Assembly: GCA_040882355.1 (NCBI GenBank)
Contig: JBBEBM010000026.1
Location: 1-34,404 of the forward strand
DNA from: Dehalococcoidia bacterium
GTDB taxonomy: Bacteria; Chloroflexota; Dehalococcoidia; DSTF01; RBG-16-68-14
DNA length: 34,404 bases
Direction of reading: 5' to 3'
Of this stretch, positions 26,211 to 33,558 are shown one piece after another. The notes beneath the pieces were generated by a model. That model worked only from the letters and a program-made list of their open reading frames with translations, had not been told where the DNA came from and ran no database searches. The position numbers were made by a program, and so were the translations under genes. Numbering within the stretch: position 1 is the stretch's first letter; each line of letters opens with the position of its first letter.

Positions 26211-26276
26211 AGATCCTTCGCCTCGCTCAGGATGACAGAGGGCGGCCGTTGTCATGCTGAGCGCAGCGAAGCATCT
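26211..26276. repeat. Inverted pair of TGTC/CGTC-tagged REP-like repeats
   Basis: AGATCCTTCGCCTCGCTCAGGATGACA (26211-26237) and TGTCATGCTGAGCGCAGCGAAGCATCT (26250-26276). Confidence 0.85.
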
Positions 26277-26362
26277 TTCACAGCGCCTCCCACCCCTCGT
26301 CACGAACGGGCGCACGACATCGCCCAATCCGCAAGCAGAGGACTGGACAGGACAGGAAACCG

Positions 26363-27571
26363 CTACGACGCCATCGAATGCGCCGCCACTTCACCCAGCT
26401 TCTGCAGGTACGACCGCACCATGATCAGCGCCGTTACCCCCTCGCCGATCGCGCTCGCGAGCTGCTTCGTGCTGCCCGCCCGCACGTCGCCTGCCGCGAA
26501 CACGCCGGACAGCGACGTCTGGAACGTCGCGTCGGTTGTGATGAAGCCCCACTGGTCGGTCTCGACGGCGCCCTTGAGGAAATCGCTGTTCGGCGTCAGC
26601 CCGACAAAGACGAACACACCCTCCGGGTGGAACTCCAGCTCTTCGCCGGTGTCGCGCTCCTTCGCCCGCACCGCCTTCAGCTTGCCGTTGCCCTCGAACG
26701 CCGTCACCTGCACGTTCGTCCGGATGTCGAACTTCGGGTGCGAGCGCGCCTTCTCCTGGAGCAGCGCGCTCGCCTTCAGCTCCGGATTGTACTCCAGCAG
26801 CACGACCTTGTCCGTGAACTGCGTCAGGAAGAGCCCCTCCTCGACGCCAGAGTTGCCGCCGCCGATCACCAGCAGCTCTTTCGAGCCGCGGTAGAACGGC
26901 CCGTCGCACGTCGCACAGAAGTGGATGCCGGCGCCGATCAGCTCGTCCTCGCCCGGCGCGCCGAGCCGCCGGTATGTCGAGCCGGTCGCGACGATCGCCG
27001 CGCGGGCGCCGTATTCATCGCCGCTCGTCGTCGTGATGCAGAGGGCGCTCTCCTCCGCGTCGATGGCGCGCACCTCCACCGCCGACAGCAGCTCGACGCC
27101 GTAGCGCTGCGCCTGCTGGATGATGCGGTCGGCCAGCTCGCCGCCGCGAATGCCCTCCGGAAAGCCCGGGTAGTTGTCAATGCGCTCCGTGACGCCCGCC
27201 TGCCCGCCGAGCGCGCTTCGCTCGATCACCAGGCAGCTCAGCCCTTCGCGCGCGGCGTAGATCGACGCCGTCAGCCCCGCCGGCCCGCCGCCAACGATCA
27301 CGACGTCGTAGAAGCTGCGCTTCGCCTGTAGCGACAGGCCCAGCTTGCGCGCCAGCTCGTCGTTGCTCGGCTCGGCGAGCAGCGAGCCGTCCTCGAAGAC
27401 GATCGTCGGTATGATCCGCCGGCCGTTGTTCTTCTCGCGCACGAACGCTTCCGCCGACGCGTCCTGCTCGAGGTCAACCCACTGGTAAGCGACGCGTTGC
27501 TCGCCCAGGAACTGCTTGGACCGGCGGCAGTCCGGGCACCAGGGCGCCCCGTAGACCGTGATCTGCGCCAT
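26363..27571 (-). CDS. Glutaredoxin-domain / thioredoxin reductase-like fusion flavoprotein
   Basis: N-terminal WCPDC..IPTI glutaredoxin domain, then GGGPAGLTA, NYPGF, CATCD, GGGNSG and GVFAAGD. Confidence 0.92.
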   Translation of the reverse strand: MAQITVYGAPWCPDCRRSKQFLGEQRVAYQWVDLEQDASAEAFVREKNNGRRIIPTIVFEDGSLLAEPSNDELARKLGLSLQAKRSFYDVVIVGGGPAGLTASIYAAREGLSCLVIERSALGGQAGVTERIDNYPGFPEGIRGGELADRIIQQAQRYGVELLSAVEVRAIDAEESALCITTTSGDEYGARAAIVATGSTYRRLGAPGEDELIGAGIHFCATCDGPFYRGSKELLVIGGGNSGVEEGLFLTQFTDKVVLLEYNPELKASALLQEKARSHPKFDIRTNVQVTAFEGNGKLKAVRAKERDTGEELEFHPEGVFVFVGLTPNSDFLKGAVETDQWGFITTDATFQTSLSGVFAAGDVRAGSTKQLASAIGEGVTALIMVRSYLQKLGEVAAHSMAS

Positions 27572-27575
27572 AGCG

Positions 27576-27890
27576 CTACTCGATCGCGACCTGCACGTCG
27601 TCGCCCTCGACGCGCACCTCGTACACGGGCTCGTCCTCGTCAGCGGGCGCCGAGACCGCCTTGCCCGTCGTCACGTCGAACTCACCGCTGTGCCACGGGC
27701 AGGTGAGCGTCGCGCCGTCCAGCTCGCCCTCGCCCAGCGGGCCGCCCATGTGCGTGCACTCGCCACCGATGGCGTAGAACGTCCCGTCGACGTTGGCCAG
27801 GCAGACCTGGGCGCCGCTCTCGAGCTCGATGTGCTTGAGCTCGCCCGGCGGCACCTCGGACGCCTTCGCCACCGTAATGAAGTCAGCCAT
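27576..27890 (-). CDS. Rieske-type [2Fe-2S] ferredoxin
   Basis: CTH and CPWH ligand motifs; GGAGGAGG RBS; 4-nt gap to the reductase gene. Confidence 0.93.
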   Translation of the reverse strand: MADFITVAKASEVPPGELKHIELESGAQVCLANVDGTFYAIGGECTHMGGPLGEGELDGATLTCPWHSGEFDVTTGKAVSAPADEDEPVYEVRVEGDDVQVAIE

Positions 27891-28051
27891 GCTCCTCCTC
27901 CTGAGCTACGCGAATCACGAATCAGACGCTGCATTATCTCCAGCGCGCGCGTCCAGGGGCAAGGCCGCGCGCGCTCGGCCGCTTGCCGCACGATATGTCA
28001 TGCGCACATAGTGGACAATGGGCTAGCGACTTCGGCGAGAGGAGGAAACTG

Positions 28052-28291
28052 ATGAAGGACGACGTCACCGAAAGCGGGTTGAGCGGCGCACGGCTGAGGC
28101 TCATCGGAGGAGGGGCCGCGCTCGGCCTGCTGCTTTTGTTCCTGCTCCAGAACCTGCAGGACGCCGAGATCAACTTCCTCTGGTTTGAGTGGAACATCCC
28201 CGTGATCTGGGCGCTGCTCGCCAGCGCCGCCATCGGCGCGGTCGCCGCCTTCGCCTTCTCGACCCTGCGCGGGCGCCGGCCGAAGACCTAG
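28052..28291 (+). CDS. LapA/DUF1049-like small membrane protein
   Basis: GGAGG RBS before ATG 28052; two TM helices linked by FLLQNLQDAEINFLWFEW. Confidence 0.8.
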   Translation: MKDDVTESGLSGARLRLIGGGAALGLLLLFLLQNLQDAEINFLWFEWNIPVIWALLASAAIGAVAAFAFSTLRGRRPKT

Positions 28292-28306
28292 GAGTTAGAG
28301 GACTTC

Positions 28307-28365
28307 GTAGGGACAGAGCTTCAGCTCTGTCCGGCCCAGAGCGAGACGGGTCGACCTAGCCCTAC
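28307..28365. repeat. GTAG-tagged REP pair between convergent genes
   Basis: GTAGGGACAGAGCTTCAGCTCTGTCC ... CCCTAC; the right-hand tag contains the AOR stop codon. Confidence 0.75.
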
Positions 28366-30053
28366 AGCTCGTCCCAGAAGCTTGCGATCAGCTCGTCCGG
28401 CAGGTCGAAGACCGCGTTGCCGTCGGTTGTCTTCAGCGGCTCCGTGCGCAGGAACGACGGGAGCTGCTCCACGTCTGGCGCGATGCCGGCCTGAACGTTG
28501 AACTCGCGCTCGTCCAGCAGGCAGCGCCGCCCGAGCGCCATCACGTCGTCCGCCGACCACGAGACGCCGTGCTGCGCGCTCACGAACGCCGCCATGTCCT
28601 CCGCCGTCGGGTTCGAGAACTGGCACAGCCCCACCGAGTCGACCGCCGCCTGAAGGACCTGCTCGTGCCGCGACGCCTTCAGGTACGTCTCCGGCGTCAC
28701 GCCGCGCGCCGTCACCAGGCCCGCCGTGTGGTCGGCGCCCTGCGGGCTCGTCGCATAGGTGATGCCCATCGCCTTGAGCGTGCGCGGCTCCCAGGCCGGC
28801 AGGCCCATGCCCTTCACCGCCGGCACCCGGTCGAGCCCGTAGTGCCGCGCGACGGCCACCGTCCCGCTGCCCAGCAGCCGGCCCAGCTCCGTGCCCCGCC
28901 GGACCTCGTCGAACAGGCCAAGCGCCGCCTGCCAGTCGCCGAAACGAGCGACGCCCGCCTCCATCGCCACGCCGAACGCGTTGCCCGTCTCGATCGTGTC
29001 GAGGCCCAGGTCGTCGCAGAGACGGTCCATCTGCGCCACCGCCTCCAGGTCGTCGATCTCCAGGTTCGAGCCGAGCAGCGTGATCGTCTCGAACTCCAGC
29101 GCCGTCGTGATGTGCTCGCCGTGGGCGTCGTTGAACAGGATCGCGCACTTGATGATGCAGCCCGCCATGCACGGCAGCATCTTGCCGCCGCGCTCCGGCG
29201 CCAGCTCCGCGATGCGCTGGCCGCTGATCTTCTCGGCACCGGCGAAGACGCCCAGCCGGTGGTTGCGCGTCGGCAGGCTGGCGACCTGCTCCCGGTTGAC
29301 GAACTTGAGCACGCCCGCCGTGCCGAACGTCGACATGTTCTTCGTGCGCGGGTCCTCCAGCGTCGTCTTCGAGAAGCCGAGCATGAGCCGGCGGTAGGTG
29401 TCCTTGTCCGCCGCCTCGACCGGTCGCGTGCCCTCATCGCTCACGACGATCGCCTTCAGCCGTTTCGCGCCCATCAGCGCGCCCAGCCCGCCCCGCGCGG
29501 CGTGGCGCGTCGGCCGGCCCTCCGGGTCGTTCACGGCGATCGACGCCGCGCCGAGCTGTTGCTCGCCCGCCGGGCCGATACAGGCGACGTTCGTGGTGCG
29601 CAAGTTGCCCTCGAGGAGCCGCGACACGGTCTCGTACGTGCCGAGGCCGGCGAGGCCCTCGGGCGCCGCCTCCAGCCGCGCGCCCGAGGCGTCGATGCGC
29701 AGCACGCGCCAGGCGTCGTCCGGCGGCGCGCCTTCGATCACGACCGCCTTCACGTCGAGTTTCGAGAGCCGGTGGCCGAGCGTGCCGCCGACGTTCGCCT
29801 CCTTGCAGCCGCCCATCAGCGGGCTCTTCCCACCGAACGACGTGCGACCGGAGGTCGTGGCCGCGGTGCCGCCGAGCAGCCCGGGCGCGAAGGCGAGCTT
29901 GCTCGCCGCGCCCAGCGCATCGCCGGCCGGATCGACCTCGCCCAGGACGATGCGCGACGTGAGCGCGCGCCCACCGAGCGGCGCGTACTCGTCCGGTGCG
30001 TCCTGGCGCGAGACCGAGAGGTCACTGAGGTTGACGCGAATGATCGAGGGCAT
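28362..30053 (-). CDS. Aldehyde ferredoxin oxidoreductase (AOR/WOR) family protein
   Basis: Motifs LGGRAL, GKSPLMGGCKEANVGG, CIGPAGE, AARGGLGALMGAKRLKA, CMAGCIIKC, EFET, CDDLGLDTIETG, GADHT and DSVGLC. Confidence 0.93.
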   Translation of the reverse strand: MPSIIRVNLSDLSVSRQDAPDEYAPLGGRALTSRIVLGEVDPAGDALGAASKLAFAPGLLGGTAATTSGRTSFGGKSPLMGGCKEANVGGTLGHRLSKLDVKAVVIEGAPPDDAWRVLRIDASGARLEAAPEGLAGLGTYETVSRLLEGNLRTTNVACIGPAGEQQLGAASIAVNDPEGRPTRHAARGGLGALMGAKRLKAIVVSDEGTRPVEAADKDTYRRLMLGFSKTTLEDPRTKNMSTFGTAGVLKFVNREQVASLPTRNHRLGVFAGAEKISGQRIAELAPERGGKMLPCMAGCIIKCAILFNDAHGEHITTALEFETITLLGSNLEIDDLEAVAQMDRLCDDLGLDTIETGNAFGVAMEAGVARFGDWQAALGLFDEVRRGTELGRLLGSGTVAVARHYGLDRVPAVKGMGLPAWEPRTLKAMGITYATSPQGADHTAGLVTARGVTPETYLKASRHEQVLQAAVDSVGLCQFSNPTAEDMAAFVSAQHGVSWSADDVMALGRRCLLDEREFNVQAGIAPDVEQLPSFLRTEPLKTTDGNAVFDLPDELIASFWDEL

Positions 30054-30072
30054 GCGACCGGCGGTTCGAGCG

Positions 30073-30537
30073 CTACGCGTCCTGCACGGTGTCGCCGACG
30101 CGGATCACCCCGTCGTTCAGAATGTCGGCGCGCAGGCCGCCGCGATGCACCAGGCCCGGCCGCACCTTCTCCTTCGTCAGGCCGGCCAGGTGGTTGCACG
30201 GCTCGCTCAGACGCACGCCCCGCAGCCTCACCTCGCCGACCGAGAACTCCTTGCCGACAAGGTGGTTCAGCGCCACTCCGCGCGTCACGATGTTGCGCCG
30301 CGCGTCGCCGTAGGGCAGCTTCACGTCGTAGTCGCGCCCCAGCGCGTCGATCGCCTCGGACTCGATCAGCGTCAGCTCGCGGCCGGCGCCCTCGGTCTTC
30401 GAGAAGGAGCCTTGCTTCGCGAAGTAGCGGTCGCCCTCCAGCCCCTGCCCCGCCACCGCGCTCACCTGGTCGAGCGCCTCCATCGGGCCGCTCGCTTCAC
30501 GCGCGATGTTGATCGATACGACTGTCCCCTGCCCCAT
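30073..30537 (-). CDS. MOSC domain-containing protein
   Basis: Motifs GLEGDRYF, RELTLIESE, RRNIVTRG, EPCNHL and GGLRADILNDGVIRVGD. GGAAGGGAG RBS before ATG 30537. Confidence 0.9.
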   Translation of the reverse strand: MGQGTVVSINIAREASGPMEALDQVSAVAGQGLEGDRYFAKQGSFSKTEGAGRELTLIESEAIDALGRDYDVKLPYGDARRNIVTRGVALNHLVGKEFSVGEVRLRGVRLSEPCNHLAGLTKEKVRPGLVHRGGLRADILNDGVIRVGDTVQDA

Positions 30538-30647
30538 ACGCCGGCTCCCTTCCAGCCTCCCCGATTTCAGAAGCAACTGTAGCATAAACCACCCCTCGAT
30601 CCGCGGAATAGAGAGGCCCGCTATACTGCGCGCAGGCTCCGATACGT

Positions 30648-30716
30648 GGCCGCCGATCCACACAGATCGACTGCTGGTGCAGGCGCCATCTGTGTGGATC
30701 TGTGTTCATCTGTGGG
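30648..30716. repeat. Inverted ATCTGTG-family repeat element upstream of nfo
   Basis: GGCCGCCGATCCACACAGAT ... ATCTGTGTGGATCTGTGTTCATCTGTGGG, downstream of a TATACT -10 (30622-30627). Confidence 0.8.
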
Positions 30717-30749
30717 TGAAGACCAAGGACAAGGAAGGAAAGGACCTCC

Positions 30750-31604
30750 ATGAGGATCGGCGCGCACGTGGGCGCTTCGGGCGGCCTGATCACCGCGTTC
30801 GAGCGGGCGCAGGCCATCGGCGCCGAGACGATCCAGATCTTCGGGGCGCCGCCTCAGACCTGGCGCCGCCGCATCATCCGCCCGGAGGAGTGCGAGGCCT
30901 TTCGCGCGGGCATGGCCGAGACCGGCATCGAGCCGGTCTTCCTCCACGGCACCTACCTGATCAACCTCGCGACCGAGAAGCCCGACCAGCTCGACAAGTC
31001 GACCGAGGCGCTGGGCGGCGACGTCAAACTCGCGTCGGCCATCGGCGCGAAGGGCGTCATCTTCCACGTCGGCTCGCACAAAGGCGCCGGCTTCGACAAC
31101 GTGCTGTCGCAGATCGTCGACGCCCTCAAGAAGGTGCTCGACGAAACGCCCGACGACACCTGGATCATCCTCGAGAACAACGCCGGCCAGGGCGGCGGCG
31201 TCGGCTCCAGGTTCACGGAGCTTGGCGCGATCATGCGCGGCGTCGACAGCCCGCGCCTCAAGGTCTGCCTCGACACCGAGCACGCCTACGCGGCGGGCTA
31301 CGACCTCGCGGACGCCGGGGGCATCGAAGCAGCGATGTCCGAGTTCGAGAGCGAGATCGGCCTCGACAAGCTCGTCGCCGTCCACGCCAACGACTCGAAG
31401 ATCCCGCTGGGCGGCGGCGTCGACCGCCACGACAACATCGGCGAGGGCCACATCGGCCGCGCGGGGTTCGAGGTGATCATGGCCCACCCAGCCTTCCGCG
31501 ACGTCCCCTTCCTGCTCGAGGTGCCCGGCTTCGACAAGGAAGGCCCCGACAAGCCCAACGTCGACATCCTCAAGGAGATCCGCGCGAAGATGGCGGCCGA
31601 ATGA
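30750..31604 (+). CDS. nfo: Endonuclease IV (AP endonuclease)
   Basis: Motifs IGAHV, IQIF, HGTYLINLA, FHVGSH, LENNAG, CLDTEH, HANDSK, DRHDNIGEGHIG and LEVP. Confidence 0.96.
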   Translation: MRIGAHVGASGGLITAFERAQAIGAETIQIFGAPPQTWRRRIIRPEECEAFRAGMAETGIEPVFLHGTYLINLATEKPDQLDKSTEALGGDVKLASAIGAKGVIFHVGSHKGAGFDNVLSQIVDALKKVLDETPDDTWIILENNAGQGGGVGSRFTELGAIMRGVDSPRLKVCLDTEHAYAAGYDLADAGGIEAAMSEFESEIGLDKLVAVHANDSKIPLGGGVDRHDNIGEGHIGRAGFEVIMAHPAFRDVPFLLEVPGFDKEGPDKPNVDILKEIRAKMAAE

Positions 31605-31623
31605 CGGTGCCCTTGAGAAGTTA

Positions 31624-31648
31624 GTAGCCGAGCCTTTCCAGGCTCGGC
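31624..31648 (+). repeat. GTAG-tagged REP hairpin between convergent nfo and lysR (may also terminate transcription)
   Basis: GTA-GCCGAGCCT-TTCC-AGGCTCGGC. Confidence 0.7.
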
Positions 31649-31654
31649 AGCAGG

Positions 31655-32566
31655 TTACGAAGCCGTTCCCGCCAGCGGGCGCACGCCGTAGCGCTCCTCC
31701 AGCAGCCCAACGAACGCCTCCGCCGCCCGGCTCAACGGGCGCCCCTTGCGGTAGATGAGCGAGATCTCGCGCTGCGGCATCGCCAGCCCCTCGACGCCCA
31801 CCAGGCGCAGCTCGCCGCGGCGCACTTCGCGCTCGACGGCGACCTTCGGCAGCAAGGCGATGCCCAGCCCCTGCTCCACCATCTTCTTGGTGGCCTCCAT
31901 GTTGTCCAGCTCCATCGCCGGCGACGCGAGCACACCCGCCTGACGCAGCGCGTTGTTCACGAGTGTGTAGTAGCCAGAGCCGCGGTTGAACATGATCAGC
32001 GGCTCGCCGCTCACCTCTTCGATGCTGGCGACGCCCTTCTCCGCGAAACGATGGTCGGGCCCCGTGACCAGCACCACCTCGTCCTGGTAGAGCGGCACGA
32101 CGACGACCTCGGGATGCGTGATCGTGCGCTCGATGCCCACCTGCACCTCGTCGTTGAGTACCATCTGCACGATCTGGTCCGAGTACTCGGTACGCAGCGA
32201 GACGTCGATGCCCGGGTGGCGCGAGCGGAACTCCTTGAGCAGCTCCGGCAGGACGTAGGTGCTGACGGTAGGCGCCGCCCCTAGCCGCAGCGTCCCGACC
32301 TCCATCGCCTGGAGCGACTGAACGGCGTCGCGGCCGTCCTGGAGCGCCTTCAGCACCCGTTTCGCGTGCGGCAGGAACGAGACACCCACCTCCGTCAGCG
32401 AAACACCGCGCCCGTTGCGCTCGAACAGCGTTTCGTGGAGGTCGCGCTCCAGCGCCTGAATGCGCGCCGTCACCGAGGGTTGCGTGAGCCCGAGCGACTC
32501 CGCCGCCCGGCTAAAGCTGCGATGCCCCGCCACCTGCACGAACGCTTCGAGTTGCCCTACGTCCAC
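31655..32566 (-). CDS. LysR-family transcriptional regulator (CysL/CmpR-like)
   Basis: HTH QLEAFVQVAGHRSFSRAAESLGLTQPSVTARIQALE..LFER and substrate-binding domain ending ATKKMVEQGLGIALLP. Start is GTG 32566 (GGAGAGG RBS) or ATG 32581. Confidence 0.95.
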   Translation of the reverse strand: MDVGQLEAFVQVAGHRSFSRAAESLGLTQPSVTARIQALERDLHETLFERNGRGVSLTEVGVSFLPHAKRVLKALQDGRDAVQSLQAMEVGTLRLGAAPTVSTYVLPELLKEFRSRHPGIDVSLRTEYSDQIVQMVLNDEVQVGIERTITHPEVVVVPLYQDEVVLVTGPDHRFAEKGVASIEEVSGEPLIMFNRGSGYYTLVNNALRQAGVLASPAMELDNMEATKKMVEQGLGIALLPKVAVEREVRRGELRLVGVEGLAMPQREISLIYRKGRPLSRAAEAFVGLLEERYGVRPLAGTAS

Positions 32567-32579
32567 TCGATCCCTCTCC

Positions 32580-32617
32580 ATCGAATGTTCCTATCGACCA
32601 GGTGGGACAGTATAGCA
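32580..32617 (-). promoter_or_regulatory. lysR promoter (TGC-TATACT) with a downstream T-N11-A LysR box (probable autorepression)
   Basis: Extended -10 at 32617-32609; ATCG-N7-CTAT dyad at 32580-32594. Confidence 0.55.
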
Positions 32618-32912
32618 CGGGCACGTCTCGACCGGCGAGCTCAGCTAGCCGATCCCCGCGTACAGGAGCAGCTCCCGCCGCCCGGAGACGCAAGTGAGCG
32701 GGGCGCCGACGGCGACGATCTCCGCGAGACGCCCCGCCTACCATGTCGAACGCTATCAGCGGGAGGCGCATCGCTGCCCGTCGCGCGGCTGGCCGTGCGG
32801 TCGCATCCTTGACGGCCAACGAGCGATCCGGGAGCTCGTTGGGGAGACGCGCCCGGCAGGAGCGAAGGGAGGGTGCCGCCTCGACGCACCGTGAGGACGC
32901 CCGAGATCGGGC

Positions 32913-33233
32913 TTACGGCACGTAGAAGATGCGACCCTGATGGAAGACACGCTTCGGATCGGGTCGCCCCGATGCACCAATCGTCCCGTCGGGTCGAATA
33001 TACTGATGGATGAGGGCCACTTGGTCATTGTTGACATCGACATAGGCAACTACCATACTTCTGGTGCAAGGTGGCTCATAGGCGCGAGAGGGCGAGGGAT
33101 GTCCGCTCCTACGAACGGCTTGCCGCAGCTCGCCCGCCTGAACCCTCTCCCAAAGCTGGAGGGAGTTGAACAGGCGGCGCAGATGCCGGTGCTTCAGACG
33201 GTAGGGAGGAGGGTACCGAGGCGTGCCTACCAT
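32913..33233 (-). CDS. Hypothetical small basic protein
   Basis: 106-aa ORF with globular, protein-like composition (LRRLFN..WERVQAGEL..HQYIRPDGTIGASGRPDPKR); ends at a hairpin (GCCCGATCTCGGGC); no visible RBS. Confidence 0.55.
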   Translation of the reverse strand: MVGTPRYPPPYRLKHRHLRRLFNSLQLWERVQAGELRQAVRRSGHPSPSRAYEPPCTRSMVVAYVDVNNDQVALIHQYIRPDGTIGASGRPDPKRVFHQGRIFYVP

Positions 33234-33558
33234 GCTTGAATCGGAAATTCGTGAGCAGATCGCGCGCTATCACTGCCGCGAGATTTCACTCGCGGAGTTC
33301 GAGCACTGGTTCGCCCCGCGTGCTTGGGGCGCCGACCGTGAAGGCGACCGAGCCGCACTGGACCTTGTGGGCCAGATCGAGCTACTCCTGGCAGAGTTCT
33401 CCTCCCGTCATCGAAGCGAAGATGAGGTTCGCCGCCGCCTGCAAAGCATCGCAGAGAATTACACTGTTCGTCTCAACGCAGTGACTGGCAGCACGTCTAC
33501 CAACAGCGTCTCTACGTCGGTGGTTGCGCTCCGGCCGTTTGCAGGCGCTGGTACATGA
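33232..33558 (+). CDS. Hypothetical small helical protein
   Basis: GGGAGGAGG and GAGG upstream; start is GTG 33223 or ATG 33232; amphipathic helices (EIREQIARY..EISLAEFEHWF..IELLLAEFS). Confidence 0.6.
   Translation: MLESEIREQIARYHCREISLAEFEHWFAPRAWGADREGDRAALDLVGQIELLLAEFSSRHRSEDEVRRRLQSIAENYTVRLNAVTGSTSTNSVSTSVVALRPFAGAGT

Noticed and set aside
18685..30512. Other long overlapping ORFs (18685..20091, 21837..23468, 21863..23284, 25009..26073, 28569..30512 and similar)
   Set aside because: Antisense or off-frame shadows of hisS, rel, the LhgO-like gene and AOR; Arg/Ala/Pro-rich with no recognisable motifs.
16696..30716. CRISPR array interpretation of the repeats
   Set aside because: The repeats are short, dispersed or inverted, lack regular unique spacers, and no cas genes are present.
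32940..33239. 99-aa plus-strand ORF and the short ORFs in 32511-33049
   Set aside because: No RBS or motifs; the antisense 32913..33233 ORF is more protein-like.
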